This document shows, one piece after another, positions 56,904 to 64,000 of a DNA stretch of 64,000 nucleotides. Made by a program: the position numbers and the translations under genes. The notes under the pieces were generated by a model, which saw only the letters and a list, made by a program, of their open reading frames with translations, was not told where the DNA came from and did no database searches. Origin of the DNA: Candidatus Latescibacterota bacterium (GTDB lineage Bacteria > Latescibacterota > UBA2968 > UBA8231); NCBI GenBank assembly GCA_965203175.1, contig OZ241867.1, forward strand, positions 6,496,001-6,560,000, read 5' to 3'. Position 1 is the first letter of the stretch, and each line of letters begins with the position of its first letter.

Positions 56904-57176
56904 ATGACCAACCCACCTCTGACCCCGGAAGAGCGCCTGTCGCGGCTCGAAGGCGTCTATGAGCATCTCGCCACAAAAGCCGACATCACCCGGCTCGAAG
57001 GCGAAATCAAGGCCGAGGGCACCCGACTCAAAGCCGACATCACCCGGCTCGAAGGCGAAGTCAAGGCCGCGATGGCCGAACTCAAAACCGAATTGCACAA
57101 GGGACTGAACCGCAACCTCTACATCACCATAGGAGCCGTTGTGGCAGTGGCGGCGCTGGTCAAATACCTGCCGTGA
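56904..57176 (+). CDS. Small coiled-coil protein with C-terminal TM (CCDC90/DUF1640-like)
   Basis: LATKADI motif, duplicated KADITRLEGExKA, hydrophobic C-terminus. Confidence 0.7.
   Translation: MTNPPLTPEERLSRLEGVYEHLATKADITRLEGEIKAEGTRLKADITRLEGEVKAAMAELKTELHKGLNRNLYITIGAVVAVAALVKYLP
56976..57069 (+). repeat. Intragenic 40-bp direct repeat, 54-bp period
   Basis: aaagccgacatcacccggctcgaaggcgaa(a/g)tcaaggccg at 56976 and 57030, one mismatch. Confidence 0.85.
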
Positions 57177-57349
57177 ACAGGCCCAACCCTCCACCAGACA
57201 CCCCCGACCTAACGCTCTATCCCTACACCCGCAAAATCCTCTTGTCGATACCGGCGCAAGACTCGTCAAGGCACTCAACACTTAGACGCCGACGAGTAGG
57301 CCCGCCGTGTAACATCATCCTTGCCCTACCTACCCTTGTGGAGATTCCC

Positions 57350-57898
57350 ATGACGACCACCGATTTGATCACCGCCGACGAGTTGTTGCAGATGAAGGAC
57401 GATGGCTTCCGCTATGAACTGGTCCGAGGAGAATTGGTAAAAATGAGTCCAGCCGGCCACCAACACGGCAGAATCGCGCTCAATTTGACAGGGCCGCTTT
57501 TCCAACACGTAAAGACGCATAACCTAGGTGCCGTCTATGCGGCCGAAACCGGCTTCAAACTGGCCGAAGATCCCGATGTAGTGCGGGCACCAGACGCGGC
57601 CTTCATCCGGCGCGAGCGGGTCGAAGAGGTAGGCCAAACCGAGGGCTTCTGGCCCGGTGCCCCCGACCTAGCGGCCGAAGTCGTCTCACCGGGCGATACC
57701 CACGCCGAGGTCCAAGACAAGATCGCCGATTGGCTCGACGCTGGCACCCGCTTGGTCGTGGTTGTCAATCCAAGCACCCAAACGGTCACTTTGTATTACT
57801 CGCGGAGCGACATCCGCGTACTGACCACTGATGACGTACTCGACGGCGGCGAAGTAGTGCCGAACTGGACCCTGCCGGTGCGAGATATCTTTCTTTAA
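57350..57898 (+). CDS. Uma2-family (DUF820) PD-(D/E)XK endonuclease-like protein
   Basis: Start ATG 57350; RYELVRGELVKMSP, VRAPDAAF, APDLAAEVVSP, DWLDAGTRLVVVVNP. Confidence 0.9.
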   Translation: MTTTDLITADELLQMKDDGFRYELVRGELVKMSPAGHQHGRIALNLTGPLFQHVKTHNLGAVYAAETGFKLAEDPDVVRAPDAAFIRRERVEEVGQTEGFWPGAPDLAAEVVSPGDTHAEVQDKIADWLDAGTRLVVVVNPSTQTVTLYYSRSDIRVLTTDDVLDGGEVVPNWTLPVRDIFL

Positions 57899-57904
57899 AT
57901 ACCC

Positions 57905-58867
57905 CTACAACACCCCCTGATGCCCTCTGCGAACGGCCTCGCACAAACGCATGGTATGCACGGCGTCGTCCAAGTTCGACCACGGCGTCCGGTCCTCCAG
58001 AATGCAATCGACAAAGTGGACCACCTCATTGAAGCCGACCCCGCCCATTGCTTCGATCTCCTCGTCCTCTACGGTAAAAGGCTCCCTCTCTTCATAGCCC
58101 TCCACCTTCGGCCCTCGAGTCATATCCAGATAGATCGACAAATCCTCGCCGTGTACTTCGGCCCGCTGAATGCGGTAACCAACGCCGTAGTGACTCATCA
58201 TGGTCCCGAAGGTGCCCGTGTCAAAACGCACCACGGCATTGTGCCGGTGGCACCCAGGCCGCTCGCCGTCTTGCACCATTCCCTGCACCTCCATCGGAAT
58301 GGCCGCCTCCTCGGCGCTGCGGCCAGCCAGCCAGCGCAGCAGATCGACGTGGTGAATGGCGTCGCATATCACCGGATCGGGTGCCGCCGGTCCCAATAGA
58401 GTCACCGGCTTATTGTACGTGGCAGCGCAATGCACCGCGCCGCCAGCCGCCTGGATGCGCTGCCGCACGGCTAGCACTTGGGGAAAGTAACGCCGATTAA
58501 AAGACACCAGTGCCTTGCCCTGGCTCTGCTGAGCCGCCTGCGCCATCTGCGCGGTCTCGGCCGCGGTCATGCCCGGTGCTTTCTCCACCGAGGTGTGCAG
58601 CCCGCGCTCCAAGCAATCGAGCACAATGGGCAGCAAGTGGCCGGGCATGGTGACCACGTGTACCACGTCCGGCTGGCAGACATCGAGCATCTCCCGATAG
58701 TCGGCAAAGGCGCGTTCCGGCCCCCATTCGGCCTCATTTTTGTGCAGCCGCTCCTCGTCCAGCTCGGCAATGCCCACCAAGCGCAGGCGTGGCTCGTCGG
58801 CAATCATGCGGAAGTGCGACTGGGCGTGGCCACCGCAGCCGATGACTGCTACTTTCAAATCTGCCAT
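57905..58867 (-). CDS. Gfo/Idh/MocA-family oxidoreductase
   Basis: VAVIGCGGHA, VEKAPG, FNRRYFP, DAIHHVDLLRW. Confidence 0.88.
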   Translation of the reverse strand: MADLKVAVIGCGGHAQSHFRMIADEPRLRLVGIAELDEERLHKNEAEWGPERAFADYREMLDVCQPDVVHVVTMPGHLLPIVLDCLERGLHTSVEKAPGMTAAETAQMAQAAQQSQGKALVSFNRRYFPQVLAVRQRIQAAGGAVHCAATYNKPVTLLGPAAPDPVICDAIHHVDLLRWLAGRSAEEAAIPMEVQGMVQDGERPGCHRHNAVVRFDTGTFGTMMSHYGVGYRIQRAEVHGEDLSIYLDMTRGPKVEGYEEREPFTVEDEEIEAMGGVGFNEVVHFVDCILEDRTPWSNLDDAVHTMRLCEAVRRGHQGVL

Positions 58868-58961
58868 GGGATTTCCTTTCCAAAGAGGTTGAGTCCAAAG
58901 CCAAAAACAATCGTCAATATACAGTGCTGAGTCTTCCTATGCTCGTTCTTCGTCGACAAAT

Positions 58962-58990
58962 TTGACAGGGAATTGTGGGGCCAGTATAGT
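58962..58990 (+). promoter_or_regulatory. Near-consensus sigma70 promoter
   Basis: TTGACA (58962-67), 17-bp spacer, TATAGT (58985-90), upstream of ATG 59023. Confidence 0.75.
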
Positions 58991-59022
58991 GTTTCATCTC
59001 GGTTCACGACATTCCAAAGGAT

Positions 59023-59646
59023 ATGCTCATGCGCGTCATTGCCGTCGGCTGCGAATACTCGGGCGTCAGCACCCTCATCGATCAGGTGCATCAATGGGGA
59101 CAAAGTCGCGGAATTAGCCACCATCTCGACGATCATTTTACCATACCCGACGCCTATCACCTCAGCGACGAGGAGCAGCTAGCCATGCTGGCCATGCTGC
59201 CGGCCATCAAGGAGCGCTTCCAGCGCTTCCAAATCGTCTATCACGTGCGCTTGTTGCACCGCTACCGAGACATCTTGTTGGGCGGCTTCCACATTGAGGA
59301 AAAGGTGTACGGCCCCAAATACTACTACCCGGACATCGACATCGACATCCGCGAATACGAGCCGGACATGCCCGACGACACCATACTCGTCCATCTGTAC
59401 GCGGGGCCCGAAACAATCCGCGCCCGCATGGCCGCATCCCCACACCCACACTCATTGGTCCCTGCCGAAGACGTTCCAGAAATACTAGATCGCTTCCAGC
59501 AAGAAGTGCGGGCTTCTTGGATCAGTCGCAAGTTCGCCATCGACACCACCGACCTAACGCCGGCCCAACTCCTCGAAACCTTCCTCAACCGCTCCATCCC
59601 CCACCTCAGCCCTGAAGACGCCGCCACGCGGCTCTTGGCCCCTTAG
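59023..59646 (+). CDS. NMP-kinase-like P-loop protein with atypical Walker A
   Basis: RVIAVGCEYSGVSTL at N-terminus; LVHLYAGPETIRARM and IDTTDLTP resemble nucleoside monophosphate kinase fold. Confidence 0.6.
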   Translation: MLMRVIAVGCEYSGVSTLIDQVHQWGQSRGISHHLDDHFTIPDAYHLSDEEQLAMLAMLPAIKERFQRFQIVYHVRLLHRYRDILLGGFHIEEKVYGPKYYYPDIDIDIREYEPDMPDDTILVHLYAGPETIRARMAASPHPHSLVPAEDVPEILDRFQQEVRASWISRKFAIDTTDLTPAQLLETFLNRSIPHLSPEDAATRLLAP

Positions 59647-59685
59647 CTTCTACCCACGACTAATCACAACACGCAGAGCACGAAA

Positions 59686-60972
59686 ATGGCAGATTCGAGA
59701 AGGGACTTTTTTAGAAGGGCGGGCAACCTCACGCTCGGCGCAGCCGCGGCGTCTATATGGGCCTCCGACAGCCTGCAAAAAGTCCACGCCGCCACTGAAC
59801 GCCTCGGCCAAGCCTCTCCAGAAGCCAGTGCATTGGACGAACAATTCTGGTACAGCGTGCGCGGGGCTTTCAATTTGTCGCCCCATTTTATCAACTTCGA
59901 GAACGGATATTTCAGTCCGCAACCAGAAGCCGGGGTCGATGAGGTGTGCAAAAATGCCCGCGCCATCAACGAGATCCCCTCCTTTTACATGCGGCGCAAG
60001 CTAGTGGATGACACCCGCGAGATGCATCAATTGCTAGCGAGCTTTGCCGGGTGCTCGGACGAAGAAATCCTCCTGACGCGCAACACGACCGAATCGCTCA
60101 ACATCGTCATCATGGGACTGAAGCTGCAACTCGGGGACGAGGCCCTTTGGGGAACCTATGAATACGGCAGCATGAAGGTCGCTTTTGAGCAGCGCGCCGC
60201 CCGCGAAGGCATAGTCAACAAGGTGCTCGACCTGCCCATCACCTCCATGGACAACGACGAGATCGTCGCGGCCTACAAAAAGGCCATTACACCGCGCACC
60301 AAAGTGATCCTCGTCTCCCATATCGTCTATTTAACCGGCCAAGTGCTGCCCGTGCGCGAAATCTGCGACATGGCCCACGAGCAGGGAGTGGAAGTTATCG
60401 TCGATGGTGCCCACGCCTTTGCCCATCTGGCCACTAAAATCCCCGACCTACACTGCGATTACTACGGAGCGAGTTTGCACAAGTGGATGTTGGCACCGCT
60501 GGGCACGGGCATACTGTATATTAAAAAGGAAAACATCGAGAAGGTGTGGCCGCTGTTCGGCGACGGTGGGTACGCCTCGGACTCGATTCACAAGTTCGCC
60601 CACATCGGCACGTATCCGGCTTACTTGCAACTGGCCTTGGCCGAGGCCATCCGCTTTAACCAAACCATCGGCTTGGAGCGCAAAGAAGCGCGCTTGCGCT
60701 ACATCAAAAACTACTGGGTCGATCGCTTGATCGACGTGCCGAACATCGTCGTCCACACGCCCCGCGAGGCCCACCGCTCGTGCGCCATTTCCACCGTTGG
60801 CATCAAAGGGCAAGATCCCGCGGACGTTACCAACGCCCTGTACGACAAATACAAGATATTCACCGTGCCGCCGGGTTATCCCGGGGCGGTGCGCATTTGT
60901 CCGAACATATACACAATACCCTATGAGCTAGATTTGTTCGTCGCAGCAATGAAAGAACTAGCCGTCACCTAA
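59686..60972 (+). CDS. Class V PLP-dependent aminotransferase fold (isopenicillin-N-epimerase/cysteine-desulfurase-like) with Tat signal
   Basis: SRRDFF twin-arginine signal; TRNTTESLN, VDGAHA, SLHKW. Confidence 0.88.
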   Translation: MADSRRDFFRRAGNLTLGAAAASIWASDSLQKVHAATERLGQASPEASALDEQFWYSVRGAFNLSPHFINFENGYFSPQPEAGVDEVCKNARAINEIPSFYMRRKLVDDTREMHQLLASFAGCSDEEILLTRNTTESLNIVIMGLKLQLGDEALWGTYEYGSMKVAFEQRAAREGIVNKVLDLPITSMDNDEIVAAYKKAITPRTKVILVSHIVYLTGQVLPVREICDMAHEQGVEVIVDGAHAFAHLATKIPDLHCDYYGASLHKWMLAPLGTGILYIKKENIEKVWPLFGDGGYASDSIHKFAHIGTYPAYLQLALAEAIRFNQTIGLERKEARLRYIKNYWVDRLIDVPNIVVHTPREAHRSCAISTVGIKGQDPADVTNALYDKYKIFTVPPGYPGAVRICPNIYTIPYELDLFVAAMKELAVT

Positions 60973-60987
60973 TCCCACTACCTCGCG

Positions 60988-62190
60988 CTACGGTCCACGC
61001 GCATCGTCCGCCTCCAACCCCCGAGCGATGTCCAAATTTTCCCTAAATCCCGGATCATCCGGAGCCAAGCACACCGCGCTGGCAAACGCCGCTGCAGCGG
61101 TCGCAAAGTCCCGGCGCATCAGGTGCAGGTTGCCGAGGCTGTTGTACGCGTTGGCGTGGGTCGAATCCGCGGCGAGTGCTTGGGCAAAAAGCTGCTGGGC
61201 CGCGTCGAATCGCTCCTCGCGCAAATAGATGTTGCCCAAGTTCACATAGGCCGCGGCAAAGGTCGAGTCGAGCTCAATAGCGCGATGGTATCTCGCCGCG
61301 GCCTTGGCGAATTGGCGACGCTGGCCGTAGAGCACGCCCAAATCGTAGTGGCGGCGCGCGTCCTCGGCCTCGCTCAACAGCGTAAATTCCAAGCTCTTGA
61401 TCATCTTTTCCTCTCCTTCGAGGCGCGCAAATCGCTCCAACACCTCGCGGCCTTTTTCCCGCTCGCCTAAGCGAATATAGACCTGTCCTAAATCATAGTG
61501 AGGACGCGCCCAAAACGGGCGCAGCACAACAGCTCGCAACAAAAGATCCTCGGCCTCTTCGTAGCTCCGCTCCTCCACATACAGAGCACCCAAGCCCGCG
61601 TACGCACCCGCTTGGGTCGTATCCGTGCGAATCGCCTGGGCAAACGCCGTTTTCGCTGCCGCGCGCTCGCCGCGCTTGACGTGGACTTGGCCGAGATGGT
61701 ACCACAGTTCATAGTGCGTCGAATCCACCTGCAAGGCGCGCTCGTACAGGTCAGCGGCCTCTTGGTATCCTCCCTGTCGGATGTGCAGCAGGCCCAAAGC
61801 ATTGTACGCGGAAATGTACCCGGGGTCGCTTTCCAATGCTTGGCGGAGAGGCGCGTAGGCCGCCTCGTACTTTTTTTGCCGAATGTACACAGCGCCGAGC
61901 TGGTAGTACGCATCCGCATAGTCGGGCTTAAGTGCTATGGCTTTTTGGTACGCAACCTCGGCTTGGTCGAGGGCATCGGTCAAAAAATAGGCATTGGCCA
62001 GATTGTAGTGGACTTGGGGCGCGTCGGGCATCTGCGCGGCCGCTTGCTTGTACGCGGCAATGGCTGCGTGGAAACGCCCGCCTTGGGCGTGTTCAAGCCC
62101 CTGCTGGAAATACGCGCGTCCTGTCGCCGAGGGCGGCTCTGGCTCTTGGCAGCCGATGAGCAGCAGCGCTAGGCACGAGGCCTTAATCAT
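60988..62190 (-). CDS. TPR lipoprotein
   Basis: LLIG-C; TPR units VHYNLANAY, AYYQLGAVY, AYVNLGNIY; ATGA overlap with upstream CRTAC1 gene. Confidence 0.87.
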   Translation of the reverse strand: MIKASCLALLLIGCQEPEPPSATGRAYFQQGLEHAQGGRFHAAIAAYKQAAAQMPDAPQVHYNLANAYFLTDALDQAEVAYQKAIALKPDYADAYYQLGAVYIRQKKYEAAYAPLRQALESDPGYISAYNALGLLHIRQGGYQEAADLYERALQVDSTHYELWYHLGQVHVKRGERAAAKTAFAQAIRTDTTQAGAYAGLGALYVEERSYEEAEDLLLRAVVLRPFWARPHYDLGQVYIRLGEREKGREVLERFARLEGEEKMIKSLEFTLLSEAEDARRHYDLGVLYGQRRQFAKAAARYHRAIELDSTFAAAYVNLGNIYLREERFDAAQQLFAQALAADSTHANAYNSLGNLHLMRRDFATAAAAFASAVCLAPDDPGFRENLDIARGLEADDARGP

Positions 62191-63794
62191 CGCGGCTCCT
62201 CCGCGATCAACACCTGTCCAGCTAGCACTCCCTCAAATCGCTGCACCTTACCGCTGGGCCAGCGAATCTCCACTTCGTCGGCCTGCGCGCTGGTGCCGAG
62301 ACCAAAAAAGACGCGCGGGTCATGGCTCGACAGATAGCTGCCGCCGCGCCGCACCTCCCGCATTTGCACCCGAGGTCCGGTACGCACGCGGATGCGAGCG
62401 CCGACGCCGTCGCGATTGCTCTCCACGCCTACCGTGCGGACGGCCAAGTAGTTGCGCTCGCCGCCCATGTCGTTGCGCAAAAGCGAGGGGCGCGCATTGA
62501 TGTGGGACACCGCAATATCGAGGTCGCCGTCGTTGTCGCAATCGCCCAAGGCCATCCCTCGGCTCGACCGCACAGCACCAAGCCCGGCCGCGGCGCTGAC
62601 CTCGGCAAATCCAGCAGCGCCGTCGTTTCTGAACAACTGATCGGGCTGTGCGTACGTGGTCTCGGCGAAAAGTTCTACATTGTCGTCAATGTGGCCATTA
62701 GCCACGAAGAGATCCTCATCGCCGTCGAGATCCCAGTCGAAGAAAGCCGTGCCCCAGGCCAGGTACGCCAGCGAGGGTTTGCCCAATTTGGCGTCCGTCG
62801 TCCGGTCGCGGAAAAACCCCTCGCCTTCGTTGTGGTACAAGGTATTGGTCTCCAAGTAGAAATTCGTCACAAAAAAATCAAAAGCCCCGTCGTTATCCCA
62901 ATCGCCCGCAGCCACGCCCATGCCGGCTTCGGATTGGCCCTGACTATTGTAGGAAACCCCGGCGATCAAACCCACTTCCGCGAAGTGTCCACCCTCGTTT
63001 TGGTAGAGCAAATTGGGCGTGCCGTCGCCTGCGGCGAACAGGTCCAAATCGCCGTCGAGATCCCAATCGGAAAAAACCGCGCCCAGCTCCCGCGCCCGAC
63101 CCACAGCAAAGCCCATTTCCGCGCCGACCTCGGCGAAGCGGCCGCCGTCGTTGCGATAGAAAGCATCCCCTTCGGGCGCATAGGTCCACGGCGCGCAATA
63201 GACCCGGATGCTATCCTGGCGAAAACAAGCGCGATCCGGGTCGGCGCGGAAGTCCAGGTAATTGGCCACATACAGGTCCAAGTCGCCGTCGAGATCCCAG
63301 TCGCCAAAGGCCGCGCCCGTGCCAAAGCCCTCGTCGCCCACGCTGGCTGTGGCCGTGGCATCGACAAAACGATCATCGCCGAGGTTGCGATAGAGGATAT
63401 TCGCGCCGTAACAGGTGATGTACATATCTGCGTCACCGTCGTTGTCGTAGTCAGCGGCCACCACGCCCATGCCACACCCCGAATTCCCCACGCCAGCAGC
63501 TTGCGTCCGCTCGGCAAAACGGCCATTCCCTTCGTTGCGATAGAGCGCGGCCGGGCCCGCGACATTGACCCAATACAGGTCGAGCCAGCCGTCGTCGTCA
63601 TAGTCAAAAAAGGCCACGCCCGACCCCATCGTCTCGGGCAATTGCTTCTGCCCCTCAGCCCCATTACGGTGTTCGAATTCAATGCCAGCCGCCGCGGCCA
63701 CATCCACGTACCGAGGCTGGGCAGCCGCACCCCCCGTCCACAGGCCAATCAGCAGCGCAAAAACCCAGCACATCTGTCCATCATGTCCATCCAT
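62187..63794 (-). CDS. CRTAC1-family protein (FG-GAP repeats plus ASPIC/UnbV)
   Basis: ETMGSGVAFFDYDDDG, DWDLDGDLD repeats, SNRDGVGARI, FFGLG, IRWPSG. Confidence 0.9.
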   Translation of the reverse strand: MDGHDGQMCWVFALLIGLWTGGAAAQPRYVDVAAAAGIEFEHRNGAEGQKQLPETMGSGVAFFDYDDDGWLDLYWVNVAGPAALYRNEGNGRFAERTQAAGVGNSGCGMGVVAADYDNDGDADMYITCYGANILYRNLGDDRFVDATATASVGDEGFGTGAAFGDWDLDGDLDLYVANYLDFRADPDRACFRQDSIRVYCAPWTYAPEGDAFYRNDGGRFAEVGAEMGFAVGRARELGAVFSDWDLDGDLDLFAAGDGTPNLLYQNEGGHFAEVGLIAGVSYNSQGQSEAGMGVAAGDWDNDGAFDFFVTNFYLETNTLYHNEGEGFFRDRTTDAKLGKPSLAYLAWGTAFFDWDLDGDEDLFVANGHIDDNVELFAETTYAQPDQLFRNDGAAGFAEVSAAAGLGAVRSSRGMALGDCDNDGDLDIAVSHINARPSLLRNDMGGERNYLAVRTVGVESNRDGVGARIRVRTGPRVQMREVRRGGSYLSSHDPRVFFGLGTSAQADEVEIRWPSGKVQRFEGVLAGQVLIAEEPR

Positions 63795-63862
63795 GTGTTA
63801 TTTTTTTGTAACCCAAGATACCGGCTCGGCAAGCGACCTACAAGGCGGCAGAAAAATCATCC

Positions 63863-64000
63863 ATGCGTCCAACAAGTCCCTATCTGTGGCTCGGCCTGTT
63901 GTGGCTGGTCGCCCTAATCGGAGTGGGGGTCTTTACCTTCCACTACGGAGAGGGCCTGTCCTATTTCAGCGCGAACCCGGACGCCTGTGCCAACTGCCAC
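63863..64000 (+). CDS. nrfH: Cytochrome c nitrite reductase small subunit NrfH, 5' part (truncated by window end)
   Basis: Hand translation [46 protein letters not shown]: TM, SY-x-S-x-x-P-x-ACxNCH heme motif; too short for the ORF track. Confidence 0.8.
   Translation, partial: MRPTSPYLWLGLLWLVALIGVGVFTFHYGEGLSYFSANPDACANCH

Noticed and set aside
62322-63917. 531-aa plus-strand ORF
   Set aside because: Antisense shadow of the CRTAC1 gene; VVVVA-type composition mirrors DxD repeats; no motifs

Overview
GC-rich bacterial chromosomal segment, densely coding and dominated by exported/envelope proteins. The protein repertoire (FlgD-Ig/T9SS-like C-terminal domains, CRTAC1/ASPIC-UnbV proteins, DUF6785-type membrane protein, short W-x-x-I-K C-terminal tags) suggests an FCB-superphylum organism such as Ca. 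Latescibacterota; this is inference only. The main observation is a recurring module of uncharacterised genes present twice: a ~25 kb tightly coupled minus-strand operon (1074-25706) and a ~10 kb plus-strand operon (42168-52337). It combines (i) four paralogous ~900-aa predicted outer-membrane beta-barrel proteins with a conserved Asp-rich insert, (ii) five secreted discoidin-like proteins ending in a (F/L/V)(S/T)PNxDxxND...FlgD-like domain with a terminal Tyr, and (iii) three paralogous lipoproteins, two with TonB-C/AgmX-like domains. The larger operon adds a TonB-like anchor fused to DUF4159, a 1084-aa TPR protein and two FGE-fold lipoproteins without catalytic Cys. An ExbB-ExbD-ExbD motor cluster lies between the two copies, and one of its ExbD copies has Asn at the usual proton-conducting Asp. 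Together these suggest an undescribed PMF-energised surface display/secretion or gliding-like apparatus, analogous to T9SS type-B cargo/PorP-SprF pairs and the Agl-Glt machinery. The rest of the window holds CRTAC1-TPR pairs, a sulfatase-like lipoprotein, a ThuA-GSDH-PKD-CBM6 protein, oxidoreductases, a Uma2 nuclease, a Tat-exported class V aminotransferase, the 5' end of nrfH, REP/IS200-like hairpins and several sigma70-like promoters. No rRNA, tRNA, CRISPR array or intact transposase was seen. All domain calls come from motif recognition by eye, not from searches.
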